Source: an uncultured Chloroflexia bacterium | GTDB lineage: Bacteria; Chloroflexota; Limnocylindria; Limnocylindrales; CSP1-4 | Assembly: GCA_963833225.1 (NCBI GenBank) | Contig: CAWHXD010000017.1 | Location: 1-64,000 of the forward strand | DNA length: 64,000 bases | Direction of reading: 5' to 3' | In this document: positions 30,389 to 41,093 of the stretch, piece after piece | How the letters are laid out: the number at the start of each line of letters is the position of its first letter | Position numbering within the stretch: position 1 is the first letter of the stretch | Translations under genes and position numbers: made by a program | The notes under the pieces: generated by a model | Databases searched by the model: none | What the model was told of the DNA's origin: nothing | What the model saw: the letters and a program-made list of their open reading frames with translations, nothing else

Positions 30389-30787
30389 ATGGCCGAGCAC
30401 CCGAACGTCGCCCTGGTCCGTCGCGCGATGCAGGCGATGAACGAGACGGACATGTCCAAGGCCGAGGAGGAGATGGCGCTCGTGGACGCCTTCATGGCGG
30501 ACGACATCGTGTGGCACGAGATCGGCCGCGCCGAGCCGCGACGCGGCAAGGCCGAGCTCCAGGCAGGGCTGATGGAAGGCGCCCGCGACTGGACGATCGC
30601 ATACGACCTCCACGACGTCATCGCCAACGACGACCACGCGATCGCGCTGGGCACCGCGACCGCCACCCGCGGTGGCCGCACGCTCGTGTACCGGACCGCG
30701 GAGATCTTCCACATCCGGGACGGCAAGGCCACCGAGCGCTGGGCCTTCTCGGACGATACCGCCGCGATCACGGCGTTCTTCGCGTAG
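30389..30787 (+). CDS. SnoaL/NTF2-like protein
   Basis: EHPNVALVRR..ADDIVWH..HDVIANDDH..FHIRDGKATERW; RBS GAGGAGG. Confidence 0.85.
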   Translation: MAEHPNVALVRRAMQAMNETDMSKAEEEMALVDAFMADDIVWHEIGRAEPRRGKAELQAGLMEGARDWTIAYDLHDVIANDDHAIALGTATATRGGRTLVYRTAEIFHIRDGKATERWAFSDDTAAITAFFA

Positions 30788-30863
30788 CACCGGGCGATCA
30801 CCCACCGAGGGTCTTGCCAGGGAGCGTCCTGACGCGTGCCGGCGCGACGGTATCCTCGCGTTC

Positions 30864-31406
30864 GTGACCCATCACTCGACCCGACCCGGCGTGCGGCTGC
30901 GTGACGTGACGCTCGCCGATGCCGACCTGTGCGATGAGATCCGCCGCCGCCAGATGAGCGACGGCGGGTTCAACGACTTCGGGCTCGAGCCCAGACCGGT
31001 GGACCGCGCGGCGCTGGGACGCGGGCCCCTGCGCGACGACGACGGGGGCGTCCTGCTCATCGAGCGGCTGGCCGACGCGAAGGTGATCGGCACCATCGAC
31101 TGGCACCGCGTGCGCTACGGGCCAAACCCCGAGTCCGCCGCCTGGATGTTCGGGATCGACCTTGTCCCCGAGGCGCGTGGGCAGGGTCACGGGACGGAGG
31201 CCCAGCGGCTGGTGGCCGACCTCCTGTTCGACACCACCATGCTCAACCGTGTCGAGGCATCCACGGATGTCGACAACCTGGCCGAGCAGCGGTCGCTGGA
31301 GAAGGCGGGCTTCACTCGCGAGGGTGTCACCCGCCGCGCCCAGTTCCGCGGGGGCGCCTACCACGACCTCGTGATGTACGCGCGGCTCCGGTCGGACCCG
31401 CGCTGA
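30864..31406 (+). CDS. RimJ/RimL-type GNAT acetyltransferase
   Basis: PEARGQGHGTEA, RVEASTDVDNLAEQRSLEKAGFTREG. Confidence 0.9.
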   Translation: MTHHSTRPGVRLRDVTLADADLCDEIRRRQMSDGGFNDFGLEPRPVDRAALGRGPLRDDDGGVLLIERLADAKVIGTIDWHRVRYGPNPESAAWMFGIDLVPEARGQGHGTEAQRLVADLLFDTTMLNRVEASTDVDNLAEQRSLEKAGFTREGVTRRAQFRGGAYHDLVMYARLRSDPR

Positions 31407-31415
31407 GGCGGAGGG

Positions 31416-32857
31416 TCACACCGACCCGGGGCCCCGCCCCGCCGTGGCAGCCTCGGCCTGGCGGGGGTGGCCCGATCCGCGGATGAGGCTGGTCACGATG
31501 CCCAGGCCGCACACGAGGGCGGCCACGACGAACGCGTCATGGATCGCGCCGGCGAGGGCGGCCGGCGGCACGATCCCGGTGGACGCGTTGCCCCCCACCT
31601 CCGCAACGTGGACGGGCAGCCGCGTCGCCACGATCGCCGCGCTCAGCGCGATCCCCAGCGCCTGGCCCGTGACCCGCATCTGCGCCAGCGTGCCGGACGC
31701 GGTCCCGACGCGCGGCGGCGGCACCGACCCCAGCACCGCGCTGCTGTTGGGGCTCATGAACAGCCCCTGCCCCACACCGAGGAGGACGAGCCGCCAGATC
31801 AGGTCCGGCAGCGTGAACTCCAGCGGGAGCTGGGTCAGGCTCAGCAGCGCCAGGGCCATGACCGCCATGCCGCCGCTGGCCAGCACGCGCGGGCCATAGC
31901 GGTCCGATGCGGCGCCGCTGAACGGCGCCACGAGCGCCATCGAGATGGGCACCGGCGTGAGCAGCAGGCCGGCCTCGGCCGGCTGGAAGCCGGACCCCTG
32001 CTCGAGCAGGAATGGCAGCAGGAAGGTGGCCGTGAACAGCCCGGCGAACGCCACCACCACGCTCGCCAGACCCGCGGAGAATGGCCGGATCCGGAACAGC
32101 GCGAGGTCGATGATCGGCTGGAGCGACGCCCGCTCCACCGCGACGAAGGCGACGCCCAGCACCACGAACACGAGCAGCAGGCCGACGGTCGAGAGGCTGG
32201 TCCAGCCCCATGTCTGCCCCTCGCTCAGCGCGAGCAGCAGCGCAAACAGTCCCACACCCGAGAGCGCGGCTCCCCGGACGTCGAACGACTGGCCCCGGCC
32301 GGCGGTCTCGGACGGCAGGACGCGGGCGGCCCAGACGATGGCCAGCAACCCGATCGGCGCGTTGATGAGGAAGATCGCTCGCCAGGTGCCGACCTGGGTG
32401 AGGAGCCCACCCAGCGCCGGGCCCAGGCTCAGCCCCAGCGAGACGCTCACCCCGTTGAGGCCCAGGGCTCGGCCGCGCTCGCCGGCGGGGAACGTCCGGG
32501 CGACGATCGCCGGGCCCATGGCCATCAGCATGGCCGCTCCCGTGCCCTGCAGGATCCGGAACGCGATCAGCCACCCTTCGTTGGGCGCGGCACCGCACAG
32601 CACGCTGGCCACCGTGAACACGCTGAAGCCGGCCAGGTATACGCGCTTGAACGTCAGCACCTCGCCCAGCCGGCCGACCGGCAGCAGCAGCGAGCCCACG
32701 ACCAGCAGGTAGGCGACGACGACCCACTCGATGGTGGTCAGGACGACACCGAAGTCGCTCTGGATGGCGGGCAGCGCGATGTTGACGATGCTGCCGTCGA
32801 GCGTCGACATCAGCGTGCCGAAGAGACGCTCGAGAGGATGAGCCACTTCCGGTCCAT
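31416..32857 (-). CDS. DHA2 (14-TM) MFS transporter (5' frameshift)
   Basis: LDGSIVNIALP, WVVVAYLL, ERGRALG, GPALGG, WRAIFLINAPIG. Confidence 0.92.
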
Positions 32858-32958
32858 CGGGTGCCCTGCGCTGGTGGGGCCCGCGGTCCCGGGCGGTCCG
32901 GGGCCGATACCGTGCACGCTACCCGATGCCGGGACGCGGATGCCGCGGAATGTCGCCG

Positions 32959-33882
32959 CTACGGCGCCGGCGCGACCTCGCCCAGGGCGTCGCGAAGCTC
33001 CACGTACCGCTCGAGGCACAGGTCCGCGGGGTCTGCCGCCCGCAGCTGGACGCACACGTGGTCCGCACCCGCGTCGAGATGCTCCCTGACGCGTCGCGCG
33101 ATCGCCGCCGCGTCCCCCTGGGGGACCACCGCGTCCAGCAGGCGGTTGCTGCCACCGTCCGCGAGGTCCTCGTCGGGCCAGCCCAGGCGGCGCAGGTTGT
33201 TCGCGTAGTTCTCGAGTCCGAGATAGCGGACGGCGAAGCTGCGGGCCGTCTCGCGGGCGAGGGCGGCGTCCGTCTCGAGAACGGCGGTCACCTCGACCGC
33301 GAGGACGCCTTCTGGACCCAGCCGCTCCCGCGCCATCCGGGTGTGCTCCACCGGGACGAAGTACGGGTGCGCGCCGTCCGTTCGCTCACCTGCCAGCTCC
33401 AGCATCCGGGGGCCCAGCGCTGCCAGCAGGACCGGCGGCCGATCCCGGGAGCCCGGTCCTGTGTACGCGGCCGCGTCCATCGCGTCGAGGTAGGCGGTCA
33501 TCGTCTTGACCGGCGGACCGTACAGCCCGCCGCGCGACGCCACCGACGGGGCGTGGCTCACGCCGATCCCGAGCACGAACCGACCCGGGTACGCCTCGGC
33601 CAGCGTCCGGGCGCCATTGACCATCGCGGCGGCATCCCGCGCGTAGATGCTGGCGATCCCCGTGGCAACGACCATCTCTGAGCCGCCGGCAAGGAGGATG
33701 GCGGCGTGGGACATCGCCTCCTTGCTCCCGATGCTCTCCGGGAACCAGGCGGCCGAGTAGCCGGCTGCCCGGTAGGTGGCGAGCGCGGATTGCGCCTGTC
33801 TCGCGGGCTTCGCCTGCAGGGCGAAGCTCCAGACGCCCACGCGCCCCAGGCTTGAACGGAGCAGACCTCGTCGATCGGTCAT
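32959..33882 (-). CDS. LLM-class (putative F420-dependent) oxidoreductase
   Basis: ATGIASIYAR, GRFVLGIGVSH, LAALGPRML, GADHVCVQ. Confidence 0.85.
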   Translation of the reverse strand: MTDRRGLLRSSLGRVGVWSFALQAKPARQAQSALATYRAAGYSAAWFPESIGSKEAMSHAAILLAGGSEMVVATGIASIYARDAAAMVNGARTLAEAYPGRFVLGIGVSHAPSVASRGGLYGPPVKTMTAYLDAMDAAAYTGPGSRDRPPVLLAALGPRMLELAGERTDGAHPYFVPVEHTRMARERLGPEGVLAVEVTAVLETDAALARETARSFAVRYLGLENYANNLRRLGWPDEDLADGGSNRLLDAVVPQGDAAAIARRVREHLDAGADHVCVQLRAADPADLCLERYVELRDALGEVAPAP

Positions 33883-33929
33883 GGGCCGAGTGTAGCGAAC
33901 CGGGACCCGAGGTCAATTCCACCACGCCC

Positions 33930-34937
33930 ATGCATGCCGTGACCGATCCCACGATCGACACCCCCGAGACCCGCACCGGGGCGCTTCGCCGCCGCAACGA
34001 CCGGCTGCTCCTGGGCGGCATCCTGGTCTACAGCGCCCTGGTGGCCGCGTTGATGATCGCCGCCGGCGTGTCGATCACGCCGGACTTCCTCGCGATCGCC
34101 TTCGGCCTGGCCGCGGTGCTGCTGGGCCGCGGCCGCGTGTTCCTCCGAGACTGGCTGCCGTTCATCGTCCTGCTCCTTGCGTATGAGCTGATGCGCGGCA
34201 TCGCCGACGACGTCGGGTTCCCGCTGCACGCCGCTGACCTCGCAACCGCGGAGCGGATCATGGCGATGGGCGTCCTCCCCACGCAGGTCCTCCAGGACGC
34301 CCTCCATCCGGCGACCGGCGCGGACCCGATCGCGATGCTCGCGACCGTCGTCTACATGCTCCATTTCGTGCTGCCGCTGGCGACCGGCTTCGTGCTCTGG
34401 GCCTGGCGTCGCCCCGCGTACTACGACTTCGTCGCGGGGCTCGTGCTGCTCAGCGTGGCTGGCTTCATCAGCTACCTGCTGCTGCCCGCGGCGCCGCCGT
34501 GGTACGTGGCCAACGAGGGCCTGCTCAACGGCCCGGATGGCCGCCCGGTGATCGCCTATCTCAAGCCGGACGCGTTCGAGGCACTGGCCGCGGCGATCGG
34601 GTTCGAGGGCCGCCACCTCTACTCGCTCGCCTTCGACCACGTGAACCCCAACCTGGTCGCCGCCTTCCCGTCGCTGCACGTGGGATACCCGGTCCTGACC
34701 TTCCTGTTCCTCCGGCGCGCGTTCGGCCGTCCCGGGTGGCTCGCCCTGGGCTATGCGGGCCTGGTCGCGTTCTCGGTCGTGTACACGGGCGACCACTGGC
34801 TGCTCGACGTCATCGCGGGCGCCGCCTACGCCTACGTGGCGTACTACGCGGTGGTGCATCTGCCGTCACGCCTGTACGGCCGGCGCTCCCGGCTCCGCTC
34901 CCGGGTCCCGCTGGCCCCGCCGGACCCAGCGGGCTGA
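33930..34937 (+). CDS. PAP2/Aur1-like membrane phosphatase/phosphotransferase
   Basis: PAAPPW, AAFPSLH, VYTGDHWLLD. Confidence 0.85.
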   Translation: MHAVTDPTIDTPETRTGALRRRNDRLLLGGILVYSALVAALMIAAGVSITPDFLAIAFGLAAVLLGRGRVFLRDWLPFIVLLLAYELMRGIADDVGFPLHAADLATAERIMAMGVLPTQVLQDALHPATGADPIAMLATVVYMLHFVLPLATGFVLWAWRRPAYYDFVAGLVLLSVAGFISYLLLPAAPPWYVANEGLLNGPDGRPVIAYLKPDAFEALAAAIGFEGRHLYSLAFDHVNPNLVAAFPSLHVGYPVLTFLFLRRAFGRPGWLALGYAGLVAFSVVYTGDHWLLDVIAGAAYAYVAYYAVVHLPSRLYGRRSRLRSRVPLAPPDPAG

Positions 34938-35012
34938 ACCCACCGCCGCGAGGAGCAGCGCGGTCGTCCGGGTCAGCCGGCGGCGTCGGGCACGCCTACC
35001 CCGGGTGGGTCA

Positions 35013-35681
35013 TCAGTTGGACTGGCACCTGATCGTCGTCTGGGTCGCCGGCAGCGGCTCGTCGAAGTAGCACGTGAGCGGCGTTCCCGAGGCCAATCCG
35101 TCCACCGTGCCGTCATCAAGCCGGCAGCCATTGATCGAGCCGTCAGCCGCTTCCCAGCACTGGTGCTCGGCCCCGTAGGCGGGCTGCGAGATCGTGGTGC
35201 CACTGCCGCCTGTGGCACCGCCACCGGCGAGCGACGGTGAGGAATGGGGCGACACGGCGCCGGCGACCAGGAGCAGCGCGACGAGCACCGGCCAGGCCTT
35301 GAGGTACATGTCCCACGCCCCGCGCTTGGGGTTGACGACCAGGCGGTCGAATGCGGCAGCCGGCTGGAGCGGCGGCTGGCCGGATTCCGCGGCGGCCGCG
35401 GCGAGCATCCCGGGAGCGTTCGGCCTGGGGCGATCGAGGTGGAGGACACCCGTCTTCATTGCCTCCCGGACCCCCTGCCAGGACAGCGGGCTCCACGATC
35501 CGCAGGTCGTGCAGATCAGGCCGTGGCTGAAGCCCAGGAACAGCACCGGGATCCAGAACACGTGGCCCCAGTTGGTCTTCCGGCCCACCACGTGCTCGCA
35601 CACCTGTCCGCAGTTGGCGCACTCGTCAAGCTTGACGCCCAGGGTGGTGAAGCGGCGCAGCCACCCGAAGATGAAGAACAT
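35013..35681 (-). CDS. Zinc-ribbon membrane protein
   Basis: MFFIFG..CANCG..HVFWIP..CTTCG, TM, Cys-containing extracellular tail. Confidence 0.75.
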   Translation of the reverse strand: MFFIFGWLRRFTTLGVKLDECANCGQVCEHVVGRKTNWGHVFWIPVLFLGFSHGLICTTCGSWSPLSWQGVREAMKTGVLHLDRPRPNAPGMLAAAAAESGQPPLQPAAAFDRLVVNPKRGAWDMYLKAWPVLVALLLVAGAVSPHSSPSLAGGGATGGSGTTISQPAYGAEHQCWEAADGSINGCRLDDGTVDGLASGTPLTCYFDEPLPATQTTIRCQSN

Positions 35682-35831
35682 CGTTGCGTGTCCCCAACCG
35701 TGCCCTGACGGCGCAAGCAGGATCCGTGCGCCGACAAGGGACGCCGGGCACCCTGGGGGTGTAGCAGAGCGGGAACTCGGCGAAACATGGCCCGAAAGTC
35801 CTTCGCCCACGACGCAAGGGGCTCGGCCTCC

Positions 35832-35908
35832 GGTGCCACGGGGGCCTCCGAACGCTCGACCCCCGTGAAACGCCAGCCCGGTGCGCTACCAGGCGGCGGC
35901 GCGGCGGC
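35832..35908 (-). pseudogene. Degenerate copy of tRNA-Pro(GGG)
   Basis: Exact blocks CGAACGCTCGACC (35849-35861 = 37559-37571) and GGTGCGCTACCAGGC (35880-35894 = 37588-37602) in register; stems broken. Confidence 0.75.
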
Positions 35909-35910
35909 CG

Positions 35911-37422
35911 TCAGGACGGTGGCACGGCACAGCGGTACCCACGAACGGTCTGGGTCAGCGTCTCGGCGAGGGCTTCGGGGTTCCCGCCGGGCACGGTCGC
36001 GCCGGGAGCCACGATGATGTGCACGTTCGGGGACCGATTCTGCCGGCAGGTGATTGCGGTCGCCCAGCCCCCGTCCTCACGCACGTACGGGCTGCCAGCC
36101 TGGCCCTCCGGCAGGTAGCGGGGGCCGACGACGATCGCCACCGGCTGGGGTGTCGCGTCCGGGGACACCAGGACCCGGTCCGGGTACATCGCGGCACCGA
36201 CCATCGTCACGGCCGCTGGCGCGGCTGTGACCACCGGCAGGCCGGCGAGCTCCGGGCGATGCAGGAGGACGCGCAGCCGGAGCAGCGACGGGCTATGGGC
36301 GCCTTCGGACCGGACGCGCACCTGCGGGGGCAACACGAGGGCGACCACGACGATCAGCGCCACGACGCCCGCCACGCGCGAGCGCCCGGCCAAAGCCGAC
36401 AGTCCCAGGGCCGCCACGAGGCACGCCCCGGGCAGCGCGAACACGAAGTACCGTGACGAGAGCGTCGGCATGTCCAGGAGGCCCCGGGCCAGCACGAAGC
36501 AGGCCAGCGGCACGAGGACCCAGGCGACCCCGAGCACCACCACCGGGCGTCGCTCGGGGATGCGCCATGCCAGGATCGTCCCACCCGCCGCGAGCAGTGC
36601 CACCGCCACGCTCATCCAGTGCCCGAAGCTCCTCGTGGCGATCTTGATCAGCGTCCTCGTCGACACCGGCGGATTGGTGGGCGATCCGGTGGGGTGCGCC
36701 AGATTGAGATAGACATGCGGCAGGAGCACGACCGACGCCACGGCCGGCGGGACGATGGTGCGCAGGAGGTGCGAGCGGCGCGACCCCGGGACCCAGAGGG
36801 CCGTGAGCACCAGGGCGGGGACCACCGACAGCGCGTAGAGATGCGACAGGCCCATCCCCACGACCGCTGCCCCGTAGGCCACCGACCACAGCCGCCGCTC
36901 GCTGTGCAGCGATCGCCACCAGCAGAGCACCGCGAGGACCACGAAGGCGGTCGCCAGGGCGTACATCCGGTTGTCCTGGGCCCACCGCGAGGCACCCGGG
37001 AGCGCGATCAACAGCAGCCCGGCACCGACCGCCGTCCAGCGGCCCACCGTCCCCCGGGCAAACGCCACGAGGCCGCCCACCGCCACCGCCATGGCGATCA
37101 GCGACGGGATGCGCGTCCACCACGAATCGGACGAGACCGCCACCCACGGCTTCATCACGAGGTAGAACGGCCCGGGGGCGGGATCAGTCGTGGTGATGAC
37201 GTGGAGCAGCTCCTGCCACGACAGGCTGGTCCTGCCCACCGCCACCAGGTACTCGTCGTAGCGGTAGAGCGGGTTCCAGTACCACAGCCCGAACACGAGC
37301 AGGGCAAGCCCGCCGAGGGTGAGCGGCAACCACCGATCCGCGAGCTCGGTGAGTCGCTCGCGTCCGGACCGCCGGTTGTCCACGAACAGCCCCTCCCCGC
37401 TGGGCGCCTCGACCGGGCGCAC
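35911..37422 (-). CDS. GT-C fold membrane glycosyltransferase (GT39/GT83-like)
   Basis: YDE after TM1, DPAPGPFY, RIPS, AQDNRMYAL, many TM helices. Confidence 0.8.
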   Translation of the reverse strand: MRPVEAPSGEGLFVDNRRSGRERLTELADRWLPLTLGGLALLVFGLWYWNPLYRYDEYLVAVGRTSLSWQELLHVITTTDPAPGPFYLVMKPWVAVSSDSWWTRIPSLIAMAVAVGGLVAFARGTVGRWTAVGAGLLLIALPGASRWAQDNRMYALATAFVVLAVLCWWRSLHSERRLWSVAYGAAVVGMGLSHLYALSVVPALVLTALWVPGSRRSHLLRTIVPPAVASVVLLPHVYLNLAHPTGSPTNPPVSTRTLIKIATRSFGHWMSVAVALLAAGGTILAWRIPERRPVVVLGVAWVLVPLACFVLARGLLDMPTLSSRYFVFALPGACLVAALGLSALAGRSRVAGVVALIVVVALVLPPQVRVRSEGAHSPSLLRLRVLLHRPELAGLPVVTAAPAAVTMVGAAMYPDRVLVSPDATPQPVAIVVGPRYLPEGQAGSPYVREDGGWATAITCRQNRSPNVHIIVAPGATVPGGNPEALAETLTQTVRGYRCAVPPS

Positions 37423-37539
37423 GTCGCAAACCTGACGCCAGTTCGGTGCTCACGACACGGGGGCCTGGCCCACGTGCGTGCGGTCCCGACGGCCCCCGCG
37501 TCCCCGGCAGTGCCGGCGGGTCGTCACGGGTCCCGGTGA

Positions 37540-37616
37540 TGGTCGGGGCGGAGCAATTCGAACGCTCGACCTCCTGAACCCCATTCAGGTGCGCTACCAG
37601 GCTGCGCCACGCCCCG
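37540..37616 (-). tRNA. tRNA-Pro(GGG)
   Basis: 77-nt cloverleaf CGGGGCG..CCTGA ATGGGGT TCAGG..TTCGAAT..CGCCCCG A CCA. Confidence 0.96.
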
Positions 37617-37717
37617 AGGGCGACGAGTCTACCACCCGCGCCGTCGCCTCTGACCGCCTCCACGCCGGGGGCGGAGCCACCAACGCCGGCGCGCCTGGCC
37701 GACCCGCGTCCCCTGCC

Positions 37718-39271
37718 CTACCGCCGGCCCTTGGGGCGACCCTTGCGCGGAAGCTTGGTACGGATCTGCTCCCGAAAGACCAGCCGGATCGGCGTCCCGT
37801 CAAACCCGTACGCCTCACGGAAGCGGTTCTCGAGGTACCGCCGGTACGAGAAGTGGATCGAGGTCGGGTCAGTCGCGAACAGCACGAATGTCGGCGGTGC
37901 CACGCCGGCCTGGGTCGCGTAGCGGATCTTCGAGCGGCGCCCGTGGACCACCGCGGGCGGGTTCCGCTCCACGGCCTCGCGGAGCAGGCGGTTCAGCTCC
38001 CCTGTCGAGATCCGCTTGCGGCGCTCGCCCCAGACATCGACGGCCAGCTCGAGCACCTTCTGGACGCGCTGGCCGGTCTTGGCGCTGATCGAGACGATGG
38101 GCGCGTAGTCGATGAACGCGAGCTCCCGCCGCAGCGTGGCCACGAACTCGTCGAACGACTTGTGGGTCTTGTCCTCGACGACGTCCCACTTGTTGACCGC
38201 GATGACCAGGCCTCGCCCCTCCTCGATCACGTACCCGGCAACGTGCGCGTCCTGGGCGGTCAGCCCGTCGGCGGCGTCCAGCACCAGGACGGCGACGTCG
38301 GAGCGGGTGATGGCCTTGAGGGCCCGCATCGTGGAGTACTTCTCGGCGGCCGGACCGGACGCCACCCGCCCCCGCCGGCGGATCCCGGCGGTGTCGATGA
38401 GCACGATCTCCGAGCGGCCCCACGGGATCGCGGTGTCGATCGCGTCGCGCGTGGTGCCCGGCGTGCTGGACACGATGGTCCGCTCCACGCCCAGGAGTGC
38501 GTTGAGGAGCGAGGACTTGCCGACGTTGGGCCGGCCGACGAACGCGATCGCCGGCGGCTGGTCCGCCTCGGCCGCCATCTGGGCGTCCCAGCGGGCCGCG
38601 AGCTCGGTCTCGGGGGCCAGGTCGTCGTCCTCGTCGGGATTGTCGTCGGCGCTCTCGCCAACGACGAACGGCTCGAGTCGCCCCGCGGACATGTCCTTGG
38701 TCCACGCGTCGGCCTCGGCCTCGCGCGCCTTGCGGGCGACCTCCGAATCGCTCTCCGCCGGCAGGGCCCACACGACGGCGTCGAGCAGGTCGGCCACACC
38801 GCGCCCGTGGCTGGCCGAGATCGCGAACGTGTCCTCCCAGCCAAGGCGATAGAACTCGGCGGCATCAAGCTCGCGCCTGTCGTTGTCGGCCTTGTTGACC
38901 GCCACGAGCACCGGCTTGGTCGCCCGGCGCAGCAGCTCGGCGGCCTCGGCGTCGGCGGGGGTCAGCCCGGTCACGGCGTCCACCAGGAGCACGATGACAT
39001 CGGCCTCGCTGATCGCCAGGCGCGCCTGCAGCTGGACCTGCTGCTCGATGGGGTCACCGGGGGCGACCTCCAGGCCGCCGGTGTCCACGACCACGAACCG
39101 GCGGCCGTTCCACTCGGAGTCCCCGTACATGCGGTCCCGGGTGGTCCGCGCCCGGTCCTCGACGATCGCCGCCCTCGCGTCACCGACCACCCGGTTGAAC
39201 AGCGTGCTCTTGCCGACGTTGGGCCGCCCGACGAAGGCGACGATGGGCAGGCCGGCCGAACGGGAGGCCAC
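37718..39271 (-). CDS. der: Ribosome biogenesis GTPase Der
   Basis: Two GRPNVGKS/DTxG/NKxD domains + KH-like tail. Confidence 0.97.
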   Translation of the reverse strand: MASRSAGLPIVAFVGRPNVGKSTLFNRVVGDARAAIVEDRARTTRDRMYGDSEWNGRRFVVVDTGGLEVAPGDPIEQQVQLQARLAISEADVIVLLVDAVTGLTPADAEAAELLRRATKPVLVAVNKADNDRRELDAAEFYRLGWEDTFAISASHGRGVADLLDAVVWALPAESDSEVARKAREAEADAWTKDMSAGRLEPFVVGESADDNPDEDDDLAPETELAARWDAQMAAEADQPPAIAFVGRPNVGKSSLLNALLGVERTIVSSTPGTTRDAIDTAIPWGRSEIVLIDTAGIRRRGRVASGPAAEKYSTMRALKAITRSDVAVLVLDAADGLTAQDAHVAGYVIEEGRGLVIAVNKWDVVEDKTHKSFDEFVATLRRELAFIDYAPIVSISAKTGQRVQKVLELAVDVWGERRKRISTGELNRLLREAVERNPPAVVHGRRSKIRYATQAGVAPPTFVLFATDPTSIHFSYRRYLENRFREAYGFDGTPIRLVFREQIRTKLPRKGRPKGRR

Positions 39272-39273
39272 CC

Positions 39274-40244
39274 TCAGGACGCCGAGCCGGCGGCGACCGC
39301 GACCCTGGGCAGCGAGGTGGTCCGCCCCGCCGGTGTCGCGGCGGCGGCAAGGGCGGCCGTGGCCAGCTCGGCGGCATTGGCCGCGAGCTCCGGCGCGCCG
39401 GCCATCACGTAGATGCGCTCCGCGACCTCGCGGAGGTCCTCGATCGGCGTTGACGTCCCACCCGTGACCCCCACGATCCGCACATCGTCGAACAGCCGTG
39501 ATCCGCCAGGTCGCGGGCATTCTCGATCTGGACCGAGGGTGTCCCCGCCATCTGGCACAGCCGGGTGAGCTCCTTGGTGTTGGCGGAATGGCGGCCGCCC
39601 ACGATGACCATGAGGTCCGCCTGGCGTGCCGTCTCGATGGTGTCCTCCTGCCGCCGGATCGTGACCGGGCAGACGGTGTTGACGATCTTGAGCTCGTGGG
39701 CGCGGCCGACCATGAACGCGGCCAGCTTCTCGAACTTCCAGGGCGGCTGGGTGGACTGGGTGATCAGCGCCATCCGCTTGCGGCGCGGGATCTGCTCCCA
39801 ATCCTCCTCCTCGTCCACGAGGATCGCGTCGGGGGCGAACCCCAGGAGGCCGACCACCTCGGGGTGGCCGGGCGTCCCCAGGAGCACGATGGTGTAGCCC
39901 TCGTCGACGAGCTGCTCGAGCTGGCGCTGCTCCTGGACCACCCAGCTGCAGGTGCCATCGATGATCTCCAGCTCGCGATCCCTGGCGGTGGCGAAGACCT
40001 CGGGCGTGACGCCGTGGGCACGGATCACGACGACCGACCCATGATCCACCTGGTCGACGGCGCCCACGGTCGCGATCCCGAGCGACTCGAGATCGCGGAC
40101 CACGCCCTCGTTGTGGACGACCTGGCCCAGGGTATGGGTGGACTTGCCGGCGGCGGCCGACTCCTTCGCCTTGTCGATCGCCTCGCGCACGCCGTAGCAG
40201 AAGCCCGTGCGGTTGGCGATCCGTACTTCAGAAACCATGCCCAT
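39274..40244 (-). CDS. ispH: 4-hydroxy-3-methylbut-2-enyl diphosphate reductase (3' frameshift)
   Basis: GFCYGV, VHN, IRAHG, DGTC, HPEV, NTVC, SANT, GTSTP. Confidence 0.95.
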
Positions 40245-40313
40245 AGGCTGCCGATGTTCGCACACGTGGGTGGATCGCGCCCCTGGGCGGGGATCCATCA
40301 ACGCGCCGGCGGG

Positions 40314-41093
40314 TCAGGACTCGGGCGGCGGCTCCATCCCGATCGGCTCCGCGTAGACGCCCCGGTGTCGCGGCTCCAGCAGAGCCGCGATCCGGGTCAT
40401 GATCGCCTGCGTGGCCAGGCCCTTGGCGGCCTTCCGGTCGATGCCCGGCGGCAGGACGTCCGCCACCCGGAACGGCTCGCCGATGCGGACCGTGATCGTC
40501 CGTCGCGGCCATGGCGAGGGCAGCTTCCGGCCCTTCTTCCACACGGCGTCCGAGTTGTTGACGCCGATCGGGACGATCGCGGCGCCGGTCCGCAGCGCCA
40601 GCATCGCGAGGCCGTCCTTGGCCTCCTGCAGCTCGCCCGTCGGGCTGCGGGTGCCCTCGGGAAACGCCAGCAGCACGTACCCCTGCTCGAGGATCCGGGT
40701 GGCGAGGCGGAACGCCTCGACGTCGGCGGCATCACGATTGACCGGGTGGACACCGCCGTGCGCCGCGATCCAGCCGAACAACGGCCAGTCGAACAGCTCG
40801 CGTTTGCCGAGCCAGTGGATGCGCCGGCGGCGGAGCGCGGGCGTGACCCAGGCACCGGCGACGACCGGGTCGGCGTTGGAGATGTGGTTGGCCGCCAGGA
40901 TGACCGGCCCGCTCGCCGGGATGTGCTCGAGCCCCTCCACCCGGATCCGGGCGCACGCGCGCGACCCGATCCGCGACACGAGCGCCACCATCCGGACCAG
41001 CAGGCTCTGGTCGTTGTCAAGCCGATAGGCGGCCTCCAGGACGCGGTTCCGCCGCTCGGGTGCCTCCGGTGTCGCGGGGCTGGCCGGGCTCAT
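40314..41093 (-). CDS. plsC: 1-acyl-sn-glycerol-3-phosphate acyltransferase
   Basis: NHISNAD, FPEGTRS. Confidence 0.9.
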   Translation of the reverse strand: MSPASPATPEAPERRNRVLEAAYRLDNDQSLLVRMVALVSRIGSRACARIRVEGLEHIPASGPVILAANHISNADPVVAGAWVTPALRRRRIHWLGKRELFDWPLFGWIAAHGGVHPVNRDAADVEAFRLATRILEQGYVLLAFPEGTRSPTGELQEAKDGLAMLALRTGAAIVPIGVNNSDAVWKKGRKLPSPWPRRTITVRIGEPFRVADVLPPGIDRKAAKGLATQAIMTRIAALLEPRHRGVYAEPIGMEPPPES

